DNA of 64,000 nucleotides from a virus, in the IMG/VR virus record IMGVR_UViG_3300035034_003774; one strand, given 5' to 3'. A program made the translations under genes and the position numbers. The notes beneath the pieces were generated by a model that was given only the letters and a program-made list of their open reading frames with translations, was not told where the DNA came from and did no database searches. Below are positions 9,899 through 17,899 of the stretch, piece by piece (positions within the stretch are counted from its first letter, which is position 1; every line of letters begins with the position of its first letter).

Positions 9899-10178
9899 GG
9901 GCTATTTTAGCACCTTCTTTTCTTTTTACGAATCGGTTTTTACTTGTCAAAAACCCATCAACTCTTGTTCTGTTAAAATGAATCCTCATCTTATCATGAT
10001 CTCCATTGTTTTGATAATCAGGATAAAATGCTGCCGATGCCTGACTAATACAGTGAGCATGGCCGAGGCCAGAGAATACTATGCCATATTCAATATTTCT
10101 TGGCTTGTGGGCCACATTTACTTCTTTCTCTGGGAACCAGATTGAAGCGCACAATATTCTTTCCTTGGTTAAATCCAT
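9825..10178 (-). CDS. hypothetical protein
   Basis: ORF overlapping the 3' end of upstream gene in another frame. Confidence 0.3.
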   Translation of the reverse strand: MDLTKERILCASIWFPEKEVNVAHKPRNIEYGIVFSGLGHAHCISQASAAFYPDYQNNGDHDKMRIHFNRTRVDGFLTSKNRFVKRKEGAKIALECGQIKKLGYSSSKLYSEDLYNH

Positions 10179-10184
10179 TATTAC

Positions 10185-10610
10185 TTAAACTATAATTTCT
10201 CCTTCCTTTTTGAACTTATCTCTTAATCTTATTTTCTTTCTTAGAACCTCGATCTCTTTATTAATTCTCTCTCTCTCATCAAGCTTTAGCTGTAGATTGA
10301 TGTCGAGATTCTTGATGCCTATTATGAAATTGACTTCCATTTTAATGAATTTGCTTTTAAACTCATTATCAGTATCCATCAAGTTTTGATGAGTATTCTT
10401 ATAGTGACATATTGTTGAGTGATCTACGTCCAATATCTTACCTATTCTATATGGTCCTTTGTCAGTGTTCCTTTCAAGCACCAAAGATACCATTCTCTTT
10501 GCATCTACATACTCAGGCTTTCTGGACTTCTTTAAGACATCTTCTTTGCTAAATCCAAGAACCTCCTCCGCAATATTAAAAACTATATCAGCATCTCTAT
10601 CCATTATCAA
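10185..10610 (-). CDS. DnaA domain-IV-like helix-turn-helix protein
   Basis: KEDVLKKSRKPEYVDAKRMVSLVLERNTDKGPYRIGKILDVDHSTICHYKN matches the Bac_DnaA_C signature (SRKRE..AR..MYL.R..T......IG..FGGRDHTTVIHA). Confidence 0.5.
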   Translation of the reverse strand: MIMDRDADIVFNIAEEVLGFSKEDVLKKSRKPEYVDAKRMVSLVLERNTDKGPYRIGKILDVDHSTICHYKNTHQNLMDTDNEFKSKFIKMEVNFIIGIKNLDINLQLKLDERERINKEIEVLRKKIRLRDKFKKEGEIIV

Positions 10611-10858
10611 AATCCTATTACTTTAATGTAACCTTTATTGTTATAATCTCCCACCTTGTATTGAAACCCGTGTCTATCAAGAACAGCTCTAGTAAGTTTA
10701 TGCATCTCAGCTGAATTACCAGTTATTATGTCATGAGGACACGGTGTAAGAAATATATGATTCTCAACAATCCTATCTATGTCTGCATGTTTCTCTCCAT
10801 GCAGGTCCAGAGTTGTTTTTTCCGATTGTCTTACCTTATTCTTTTTCCTTCTAGCCAT
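10607..10858 (-). CDS. Smr (small MutS-related) domain protein
   Basis: TLDLHGEKHADI motif characteristic of Smr nickase domain. Confidence 0.5.
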   Translation of the reverse strand: MARRKKNKVRQSEKTTLDLHGEKHADIDRIVENHIFLTPCPHDIITGNSAEMHKLTRAVLDRHGFQYKVGDYNNKGYIKVIGF

Positions 10859-10861
10859 CTC

Positions 10862-11368
10862 CTACTCCGTGAATATGTGAGATACTTTATGCTTAATCTC
10901 TATAATTGCAGTGATTACTTGTTTCATTAAAAAATCTTCATCAACGCAAAACATTTTTGCGGCCTCATTGACAGGTAATGCATCAATTGCAACCGCATTA
11001 TAAAATACCCTGGTCTTAGAAGGTAGTTCCCTGATCATCTCAATCACAACTTCTGTTTGAATATCTTTGTTATGAAGATCAATATTTTCCTTTTTATTGG
11101 ATATAATCCCTGGCCTTACAATGATTTCGTTACAACAGTAATTAACCGCTATAGACCTTGACCACTCTTCAAAATTAGAAGGTATATCACCAGACTTAAG
11201 CTTATTAAATATAGTTATGAATATATTTTCCGTAAACTCCTTAGCTTCTTCCTCGCTTTCGGCGTATCGCATAGATATAGCATGAATCCTTCCATATTTA
11301 GATTTAAACACCTCCTTTTGATAAACTTTATCTCCAGAAGCAGCTTTTTCTAATGTAGAACGATTCAT
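10862..11368 (-). CDS. ECF-type sigma-70 family factor (regions 2 and 4)
   Basis: region-2-like KEVFKSKYGRIHAISMRYAESEEEAKEFTENIFITIFNKL and region-4-like LPSKTRVFYNAVAIDALPVNEAAKMFCVDEDFLMKQVITA. Confidence 0.45.
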   Translation of the reverse strand: MNRSTLEKAASGDKVYQKEVFKSKYGRIHAISMRYAESEEEAKEFTENIFITIFNKLKSGDIPSNFEEWSRSIAVNYCCNEIIVRPGIISNKKENIDLHNKDIQTEVVIEMIRELPSKTRVFYNAVAIDALPVNEAAKMFCVDEDFLMKQVITAIIEIKHKVSHIFTE

Positions 11369-11589
11369 TACTTATCCATTTTTTTTCTACCCTTAATTCT
11401 TGATCTAATAATCTCTGTTACAAGAAATATAACTACACCCCATGCAAAAAAGAAGAAGTGAAGAGCGAAAATTAATAAAATGACAAGCAGATGAGACATC
11501 CACGTCTTTTTATATCTAACGTAGTATACTGCAGTGATTATTACTGCTATTAGCGATACTATCCAAATTGGTAATCCTGATACAACCAT
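11368..11589 (-). CDS. small membrane protein
   Basis: two predicted TM helices. Confidence 0.35.
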   Translation of the reverse strand: MVVSGLPIWIVSLIAVIITAVYYVRYKKTWMSHLLVILLIFALHFFFFAWGVVIFLVTEIIRSRIKGRKKMDK

Positions 11590-11612
11590 GTTTTAAATTT
11601 TTTGATTCTTTA

Positions 11613-11641
11613 ATTATACGAAATATAAAAGTTTTTGTTTC
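11613..11641 (-). promoter_or_regulatory. sigma70-like promoter GAAACA-N17-TATAAT
   Basis: minus strand GAAACAAAAACTTTTATATTTCGTATAAT, 23 nt before ATG at 11589. Confidence 0.5.
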
Positions 11642-11686
11642 AAAAAAACTGATTTTATAGATCAGCTTTCAATGTGATTTTTATTC

Positions 11687-12436
11687 TTACCCAGCCATTA
11701 CGTCATCACCGCCTGGATTTGCCGAAGGAGAACCTTTAATATGGCCAGGGCTAATAGATTCAGATTTAGAAGGGCTTGAATCTATTCTTCCTTTGCTGAT
11801 TTTTTCCAATAGAACTCCAAGCTTTTCCTGCCTTTGCATTAATTCCTTAAGTTCCTTTAGAAATTCTTCCTCTTCTGATGTAGCATCACGAAACCCTTCA
11901 TCATAATCTTTGTTATTAGACTTCTCTTCAGCAGATTGATTAATCTTCTTAATCCTTCCATTAATTATAGAGAAAACTTCTTTGAACTCTTTTACAATTT
12001 CTTCTTCTTCATCCTCATTCTCTTCGAGCATGTTTATCTCATTAATATCAACTGGCTGGCTGAAATCGTATTCATTTACAGTTTTCTTGAAGTTCTTCAT
12101 AACGTTCATTCTGACTACGTTATTTTCAGCCCAAACATCATTAGAAGCAGCTTCAAGAACTTTTTCTTTAAGACCATCTACAGATGAGATGTCAAACCCA
12201 GAGTGCATCATTATAGCCCCTAAAACTTGAATGCCTACATTTCTATCCTCTTCATTTGTATCTGCCTTTGAGATCATGTTATTAATATCAACGATCTTAT
12301 CTTTTAAAACTTCTCTTGGTATGGGTTGTATTTTTTTGTCATCACCATACTCCTTAACTCCACAGAAGCTGTAAATATTTTCTTTCCACTCAAGAGCAGG
12401 GTCACCCCCGTATATTTGTTCATTCCACCAACCCAT
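11687..12436 (-). CDS. hypothetical acidic protein
   Basis: 249 aa, E/D-rich centre. Confidence 0.35.
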   Translation of the reverse strand: MGWWNEQIYGGDPALEWKENIYSFCGVKEYGDDKKIQPIPREVLKDKIVDINNMISKADTNEEDRNVGIQVLGAIMMHSGFDISSVDGLKEKVLEAASNDVWAENNVVRMNVMKNFKKTVNEYDFSQPVDINEINMLEENEDEEEEIVKEFKEVFSIINGRIKKINQSAEEKSNNKDYDEGFRDATSEEEEFLKELKELMQRQEKLGVLLEKISKGRIDSSPSKSESISPGHIKGSPSANPGGDDVMAG

Positions 12437-12462
12437 TATTATATGTTTTTAAATATTCATTG

Positions 12463-12488
12463 CGAATTTAATTAATTAATTCCAATCG
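12463..12488 (-). promoter_or_regulatory. conserved upstream motif B (AATTAATTAATTCCAAT) plus ATTCGCAAT element upstream of 11687-12436 gene
   Basis: identical 17-nt core to 1967-1983; adjacent ATTGCGAAT (12459-12467) also seen at 5153-5161 and 52903-52911. Confidence 0.4.
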
Positions 12489-12500
12489 AGCAAAATAAAG

Positions 12501-13700
12501 TTAGAATTTATACCTATCCGATCTGGTTCTATTTCTAAATTTTGGCTTTTTTTTCATTAACTCATCGTCAAAATCATTGGCCACAAACCACCAGACAAGT
12601 CCAGTAGTTATGATAACAATAATTACCATAGACCATATAATGCTCGAAACTGGAGGGTCTACCGTTAAGTAATTGAATTCTGAAAACTCTTTCCTTACAA
12701 ATTTCTTATCCAGACTTCCATACAAGAATTCGCTTATATCTTCAAGATTCAACTTATCCTGATTTAACACAAACTTCCTAGCTTCTACTTTTACAATAGA
12801 ATGTTCAGCCCAAGTAAATGGATGGACCCAGTTAACATTATTATCTTTGTCTACTCCTATTGCGAGCACAAATTCATTTTTATTTCCACCTTTCCAATAA
12901 GCTTCCTGAAGTATCCCCGATCTCTTGGGCTTATTCTTGAATATCAATATAAATGCCTTCAACTGTTTTTTAGGACCAAGCTTTGCATTTAGTATTTGCA
13001 TATTTTTCTCAGCTACTTCTTGAGTCTTATCTCCATCTCCCAGGATGCTAATCTGCTTAAAACCTTTATATATCTTGGGATAATCATAAAGGCCATGCTT
13101 CTCTTTTTGCTCTTCAGTTACATCTTCAAAATCAAACACGGTGTGCGCAGCTTGCACTCTATTCTCATAAGTATGCTCAGTTACTATGCACTCAATCAAA
13201 TCTCTTTTCTTAGTCCAAAAGGAGCTGTATATGCCATTATCATAAGTGTGGTAATTTGAGTGCTTACCAGTCTTTTTTTCATTTCCCCACTTACTCTTAA
13301 TTCTATTATACTCACTTTTGCTAATTCTTACAGAGCTTCCATGTTTATTTATTATTCTCCAGCGTGGAGGATGATTTTCAATGTAAGAGCAGTCATAAGT
13401 TCTGGTGCAATATTTAGTGCCTCCATTTGAGTTTGTTCCACATGGATAGCTTTCTGTACAAGTTCTATGTATGTATTCATCATATGCGCCTTCATACTGA
13501 ACCTTATAAGCAACGTCTCCCCAATACTCCGTATCAGACGTCATTGATGTTTCTATGATCAGCTTAGCTATCAGAATAGTTAAAACAGAAACGCCAAACA
13601 ACATTAAATACTCCCACCAAGCTATTTTACGCTTATCAAAAAAGATAAACATAACAATAGTAGCTAACACTGGTATCAACATTAAAAACCAAATATTCAT
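12501..13700 (-). CDS. membrane protein with Cys-rich ectodomain
   Basis: N-terminal 2 TM, C-terminal TM, cysteine-rich middle. Confidence 0.35.
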   Translation of the reverse strand: MNIWFLMLIPVLATIVMFIFFDKRKIAWWEYLMLFGVSVLTILIAKLIIETSMTSDTEYWGDVAYKVQYEGAYDEYIHRTCTESYPCGTNSNGGTKYCTRTYDCSYIENHPPRWRIINKHGSSVRISKSEYNRIKSKWGNEKKTGKHSNYHTYDNGIYSSFWTKKRDLIECIVTEHTYENRVQAAHTVFDFEDVTEEQKEKHGLYDYPKIYKGFKQISILGDGDKTQEVAEKNMQILNAKLGPKKQLKAFILIFKNKPKRSGILQEAYWKGGNKNEFVLAIGVDKDNNVNWVHPFTWAEHSIVKVEARKFVLNQDKLNLEDISEFLYGSLDKKFVRKEFSEFNYLTVDPPVSSIIWSMVIIVIITTGLVWWFVANDFDDELMKKKPKFRNRTRSDRYKF

Positions 13701-13707
13701 AATATTA

Positions 13708-13992
13708 CTATTTTATTTTCTTCTTAAGATCAGAAATCTCTTTATCACTGAATTTACTTTGATGCTCAATTAATATTCTCATCTTGATTTCTTTTTCAGA
13801 ATAATCACCCCCAATCCATCCAGCTGAATTAATAATAAGAGAATTATTGGCTGCATCCACTTCTTTTTCCGTCATAGGAGTAGTCAATCTATTGATTATT
13901 CTATCCTTTTCTTCCTTTCGTTTTTTTTCCGCTTCAGCTCTTGACTCTGCAATCTTTCTTTTTATGTAATTGATTATTTTCATCATAAGCAC
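13708..13992 (-). CDS. hypothetical protein
   Basis: 94-aa ORF, possible GTG start or ATG at 13986. Confidence 0.3.
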   Translation of the reverse strand: MLMMKIINYIKRKIAESRAEAEKKRKEEKDRIINRLTTPMTEKEVDAANNSLIINSAGWIGGDYSEKEIKMRILIEHQSKFSDKEISDLKKKIK

Positions 13993-13995
13993 ATT

Positions 13996-14020
13996 AAAAA
14001 AGGGGCATAAAGCCCCTTTT
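13996..14020 (-). terminator. rho-independent terminator
   Basis: GGGGC-ATAAA-GCCCC hairpin flanked by A-run and TTTT (symmetrical); on minus strand followed by TTTTTT. Confidence 0.55.
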
Positions 14021-14026
14021 GATTAA

Positions 14027-14581
14027 TTAAAATATCTCTATATCATCTTCCTTTCCAGACTTAAATGTCTCTTCGGTTTTTGTGCTTGTGACTATGACAT
14101 TATCCATAGGTTCTCGATCTCCTACAAAGAAACTTCCAGGAAATGTTACGAGCATCTTGTTATACTCCTCCTCTACGGCAACCATCTCTTTTTGCCTTGT
14201 AGCAAAATCTGTCCTTTGAGCCTCAATTGTATTCATGAGGTTATTGAACATTGTTGCGTCGAAATTAGGGCTATGCTCCTGAACCCAGGACATCATTTGA
14301 CCTTGGCCGTCTGAATATCTATTATCCATAAGCCCAGTGTATATTTCTTTAAAAGACTCCTGATACTTATCAACCACTCCTGCTTGCTGACTAATAATTT
14401 TCCATACAGCATCAAAATCTGCTTTATTAGATTTTATCTTCTTATCAACCTGAACTTCAAGTTGATTTGCGTGGTTGTTGTAAGAAATTGACATAGAAAC
14501 ATATATTGTTCCCAGTATCAACGCTATCGCTCCAAATATGACATAAGACTTATTCTTTTGCCAAAAACTTTTATTTTCCAT
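14027..14581 (-). CDS. membrane-anchored protein (LemA-like architecture)
   Basis: single N-terminal TM then soluble helical domain. Confidence 0.3.
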   Translation of the reverse strand: MENKSFWQKNKSYVIFGAIALILGTIYVSMSISYNNHANQLEVQVDKKIKSNKADFDAVWKIISQQAGVVDKYQESFKEIYTGLMDNRYSDGQGQMMSWVQEHSPNFDATMFNNLMNTIEAQRTDFATRQKEMVAVEEEYNKMLVTFPGSFFVGDREPMDNVIVTSTKTEETFKSGKEDDIEIF

Positions 14582-14608
14582 TTTGCTATAAATTTATGAT
14601 TTCTCAAT

Positions 14609-14637
14609 GTTATACGCAAAAATAAATAAAATGTTTC
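14609..14637 (-). promoter_or_regulatory. sigma70-like promoter GAAACA-N17-TATAAC
   Basis: minus strand GAAACATTTTATTTATTTTTGCGTATAAC, 27 nt before ATG at 14581. Confidence 0.5.
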
Positions 14638-15023
14638 TATTTAACTATTTTAACATGAAATAAATCTTTATCAAAGTCAAAATCTGGAACAGACTTTTCA
14701 AATGCTGACTTAAGACTTGATATAGGGTCCTTATATAATAACCGAACCCCACCCATAGGAAGTCCAAAGGGAGCGCCTTTGTAATTGGTGTATAGATTAT
14801 GTGAATTCTTCTTGCCCTTTTTCACTTCAAGGCCTGTAAGTTCAATAGCCTCTTTCTTTGATATTGAGTAATCTGAATCCGTATTGAATGACTTTATAGA
14901 CTCCATGAACAAAGCGCATCCACTTAAGTCTTTTTTCTTATCGTATTTAGCAATTGCTTTATCAAGCTCTGCTTGTGTGTAGGTAGTTAAGAACACTCCT
15001 ACTTTTGTATTAATTTTTTTCAT
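14637..15023 (-). CDS. hypothetical protein
   Basis: 128-aa ORF. Confidence 0.3.
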   Translation of the reverse strand: MKKINTKVGVFLTTYTQAELDKAIAKYDKKKDLSGCALFMESIKSFNTDSDYSISKKEAIELTGLEVKKGKKNSHNLYTNYKGAPFGLPMGGVRLLYKDPISSLKSAFEKSVPDFDFDKDLFHVKIVK

Positions 15024-15035
15024 AGCTCCTATTTT

Positions 15036-15449
15036 TTATAGAAGCTCTTCAAAATCTTTTCTCCAGGAGGTGTTGTTTTTGACGTTAACAGAGCTTCCAT
15101 TACTATATTTTAGGATTAAATCATGTTCTACGGAATCGTCATCTATATGTATATCAATGCCGATATTATTAACCCATGAGAACTTGTACTTCCTATTAGT
15201 AAATAGAATTTTTTCTTCTGGAAGTTCTATTTTTAGAGATTTTAGCATATTATATACAGCGATATGTTCATTGCCAAGACCCTTGTCAAAATCTATTGGC
15301 CCATACCTTCTTGTTATAATATAAACATCGTATTCACCAGAATTTAATAGTTCAATGAATAGTTTTATAACTGAATCTTTCTCTGGATTAACATCTCCAA
15401 AAAAGTGATCACTAAGTGTACCGTCAAAATCGAAAGAAATCTTCTTCAT
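15036..15449 (-). CDS. HAD-superfamily hydrolase (small phosphatase/nucleotidase-like)
   Basis: motif I FDFDGTL (DxDGT) at N-terminus; first gene of the minus-strand block. Confidence 0.55.
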   Translation of the reverse strand: MKKISFDFDGTLSDHFFGDVNPEKDSVIKLFIELLNSGEYDVYIITRRYGPIDFDKGLGNEHIAVYNMLKSLKIELPEEKILFTNRKYKFSWVNNIGIDIHIDDDSVEHDLILKYSNGSSVNVKNNTSWRKDFEELL

Positions 15450-15482
15450 AGTCTTTAAATATACAAAAAATAAGCATTATTT

Positions 15483-15511
15483 GCAACATAAATCATTAAT
15501 TTGCGTACAAC
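15483..15511 (+). promoter_or_regulatory. plus-strand promoter GCAACA-N17-TACAAC in divergent region
   Basis: TTTGCAACATAAATCATTAATTTGCGTACAAC keeps the conserved CG before the -10. Confidence 0.4.
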
Positions 15512-15546
15512 AGAGTATGAATAATTTCAAATTACAATAAATAACA

Positions 15547-16047
15547 ATGGTAGAGACAGAGTGTTTTTGTGTTAATGAAAAGTGTAGAGAATACGGCAAC
15601 ACAGTTGTGGTAAAGGATTATGACTACACAGAAGGTATGCAAAACTTTTGCTCAAGCTGTGGAGTAAGGTTAAAGGCGAGGCCTAATAAAAGTAATGGCC
15701 TAAACATAGAAGATGTTAAGAAAATACTAAATAATATAAATTTCGCAGAATACTCATGCATAGACATGGGCTGGGAATTCCAGATTAAAATTGAAGGTGA
15801 TCTATATCTAATTAGAACATCCTTTAAAAGAAAGGATATTAATAGCGGGAAACTCGGCAAAGGTTGGGGCCGTTGGCACACAACTCCAGTTAAAGGAGCA
15901 AGTGAAACATCTATAGTAATGACTGCGTGGGTTTGTGTTAAAATGATAATCGAACACGAGTTGCTTGAAGGGTTTGAATACAAAGGCAAAAAAGTATTCA
16001 ATCCTCACAAGACTATTGATCAACTCGTATATCCAAATAAATTATGA
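15547..16047 (+). CDS. zinc-ribbon containing protein
   Basis: CFCVNEKC...CSSCG N-terminal Cys4. Confidence 0.35.
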   Translation: MVETECFCVNEKCREYGNTVVVKDYDYTEGMQNFCSSCGVRLKARPNKSNGLNIEDVKKILNNINFAEYSCIDMGWEFQIKIEGDLYLIRTSFKRKDINSGKLGKGWGRWHTTPVKGASETSIVMTAWVCVKMIIEHELLEGFEYKGKKVFNPHKTIDQLVYPNKL

Positions 16048-16442
16048 GTGAATCTGTAGTGTACAAACTAAGTAAAGAGGCGATCTCTATTGTTGATGAT
16101 AAAATTGACATGATGGACCAGTGGCTCATGCAAATGAGTGACGAGGAACTAAGTAAGTGGCATATAATATGCGATAAAGTACATGATCAAAGAACTGAAG
16201 AAGAAATTGACATTATTGATAAATATGCTATTGTTCTTTACTACAGAGAGCTTGATGTTGAGGAGTTGTCAATAAACTCAGAGTTAATAGCCGACATAAC
16301 CTCCAGATTTTGTGTAAATATTATAGTTGCATCCCTAAGAAGAAGAGGTATCGTCAAGACTGAGGAACCACTTTTACTGTATAAATCAAGAAAGATGGAG
16401 CTTACTGAAAAAGGAAAAAAAATTAACGAAGAAAATAAATAA
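16044..16442 (+). CDS. hypothetical protein
   Basis: ATGA overlap with upstream gene. Confidence 0.35.
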   Translation: MSESVVYKLSKEAISIVDDKIDMMDQWLMQMSDEELSKWHIICDKVHDQRTEEEIDIIDKYAIVLYYRELDVEELSINSELIADITSRFCVNIIVASLRRRGIVKTEEPLLLYKSRKMELTEKGKKINEENK

Positions 16443-16443
16443 T

Positions 16444-16472
16444 GAAACATTTTCATTTTATTTTCGTATAAT
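16444..16472 (+). promoter_or_regulatory. plus-strand promoter GAAACA-N17-TATAAT
   Basis: TGAAACATTTTCATTTTATTTTCGTATAAT, 21 nt before ATG at 16493. Confidence 0.5.
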
Positions 16473-16492
16473 AACAGCTAAATTTATTTAAC

Positions 16493-16792
16493 ATGACAAA
16501 TAAAGAATCAAAAATATCAAACAGAGCAAAGATGCAAACACTAATCAGTCAAAACACTTCGATGGCTGCTGGAGACTTTCATGCTGATCAGCTTGATGTT
16601 AATTCCCTTGTCATGGACATTAAAAAGCATTTCAACATTTCTACCAAAGACAATAGAAGTGATGGGGTGGTAATTAGTAAATTAGTTAAATCAAGCACCA
16701 GGAGACTGCGTGGGCGAACCAGTGCAAAAGAATTTAATCAAAAAAAGTTTTTAAAACTATTTTTTGAATCATTTGAAATAGAAAGAGTATGA
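16493..16792 (+). CDS. hypothetical protein
   Basis: 99-aa ORF. Confidence 0.3.
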   Translation: MTNKESKISNRAKMQTLISQNTSMAAGDFHADQLDVNSLVMDIKKHFNISTKDNRSDGVVISKLVKSSTRRLRGRTSAKEFNQKKFLKLFFESFEIERV

Positions 16793-17085
16793 CACCAAAA
16801 ACTGAACAAATAGATCACAATCTATCTCTACTTAATTTTGATAAAATTGAGAAGGCTATGAGAGCTGTTGACTGGAAGTGGAAAGACCCAAAGACCAATG
16901 AGGTAAGGATTCCAGAAAAAGACGAACTCAAGAGCATGGCAGAGTATTGTATGAATATGGCCTGGGAATCTCCAAAAAACTTCTTTTCCACTGGAGGGTT
17001 TGAGGCTGAGTTGATAAATGGAACTATGGAAATTAGATTCATCCTTGACAGGGCGAACTTTCTATCTAAATTATTCGAAAAATAA
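16789..17085 (+). CDS. hypothetical protein
   Basis: 98-aa ORF, overlaps upstream stop. Confidence 0.3.
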   Translation: MTPKTEQIDHNLSLLNFDKIEKAMRAVDWKWKDPKTNEVRIPEKDELKSMAEYCMNMAWESPKNFFSTGGFEAELINGTMEIRFILDRANFLSKLFEK

Positions 17086-17436
17086 ATGAGCTTTTCAAAA
17101 AATAAGGAAACTGAAATACAGGCTTTGTTTGATGTAATCAAGGAAAAAACTAAAGATAAGTTTGACCTTGATGTCGAAAGCATTGATGATGTGAAAACAA
17201 AATCAAGGAAGAGGCCTCTTGTTTACTTCAGGAAAATGATGATGATCATTCTTGGAGAAACGTATTGCAGTAGCCCTCACAATTATAGCCAGGAAGATAT
17301 AGCAAAAGTCGTCGGAAGAGACAGAACATCGCTAATACATCATAGTAAAATTCACCTTAATGAATACAGTAGGTATAAAGACTATAAGGACGAATATGAC
17401 CAAATCAGAGCGGACTGGGAAAATAAAATTAAATAA
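17086..17436 (+). CDS. DnaA domain-IV-like helix-turn-helix protein
   Basis: KTKSRKRPLVYFRKMMMIILGETYCSSPHNYSQEDIAKVVGRDRTSLIHHSKIH matches the Bac_DnaA_C pattern. Confidence 0.5.
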   Translation: MSFSKNKETEIQALFDVIKEKTKDKFDLDVESIDDVKTKSRKRPLVYFRKMMMIILGETYCSSPHNYSQEDIAKVVGRDRTSLIHHSKIHLNEYSRYKDYKDEYDQIRADWENKIK

Positions 17437-17499
17437 TATTTGGTTTTATATTGAAACTTTTATAATTTTGTAACGTATTTATATACACAAGCATTAATT

Positions 17500-17794
17500 T
17501 GAGAATAACAAATTGTTGTAATGTTAGCACAGGGGTTCGACTCCCCTCAGTTCCACAAAGCAAATAAAAAATGGGGCTGTACTTGGCAATTAGACTGCAT
17601 TAGACCACGGTTTGTTTAGAATTTTATGCTTATCCATAATAAATGGAAATGATTTAACAAAATCTCTTGCCCTTGAGGCAGTCCTCAACAGCGAGAGAGC
17701 TGAAACTACAGCAGTAGCCCCAGTGGCTATGGCAGCGTAGTCAGTACGTGATTTAGAAAGCTCTGGCAAATAATAGTAGCCAGAGCTTTTTTTA
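17500..17794 (+). ncRNA. ssrA: candidate circularly permuted (two-piece) tmRNA (ssrA-like)
   Basis: T-arm AGGGG-TTCGACT-CCCCT (17531-17547) and acceptor 3' strand CAGTTCC + A73 (17548-17555). 18 nt downstream GGGGCTG (17573-17579) pairs with it to give G1-C72, G2-C71, G3:U70, G4:U69, C5-G68, U6-A67, G7-C66 (AlaRS identity G3:U70/A73). GGCAATTAGAC resembles tmRNA GGATTCGAC. GC-richer island with Ala-rich ORF ...AETTAVAPVAMAA-TAG (17699-17740). Terminates in strong hairpin 17761-17794. Start boundary uncertain. Confidence 0.4.
17761..17794 (+). terminator. rho-independent terminator at end of tmRNA-like locus
   Basis: GCTCTGGC-AAATAATAGTA-GCCAGAGC followed by TTTTTTT. Confidence 0.6.
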
Positions 17795-17835
17795 TTTAAA
17801 GTTATTAACATGTTAATAACTTTTTAAAATTTGAT

Positions 17836-17864
17836 TAAACATTTTTCATTTCTCTACGTATCAC
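17836..17864 (+). promoter_or_regulatory. possible promoter TAAACA-N17-TATCAC upstream of sigma factor gene
   Basis: keeps conserved CG before the -10 but the -10 is weak. Confidence 0.3.
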
Positions 17865-17899
17865 ATATAATTAAAATAATAATATAAGAACAGGACAAA

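Noticed and set aside
14027-14581. LemA-family assignment for the 184-aa membrane-anchored protein
   Set aside because: The topology fits (single N-terminal TM plus helical domain), but I could not match the conserved LemA core motifs by eye. I kept it as a generic membrane-anchored protein.
17529-17555. Stand-alone canonical tRNA gene (T-arm GGTTCGACTCC detected)
   Set aside because: No complementary 5' acceptor strand (GGAACTG) and no D or anticodon arms lie within 80 nt upstream. The only complementary partner (GGGGCTG) lies downstream. I therefore reinterpret it as the acceptor piece of a permuted tmRNA-like gene, not a tRNA. A tRNA-fragment att core remains an alternative.
17590-17811. 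73-aa minus-strand ORF in the gap between plus-strand genes
   Set aside because: It lies antisense to the GC-rich structured tmRNA-like region and terminator, with no promoter or coding signature. It is most likely spurious.
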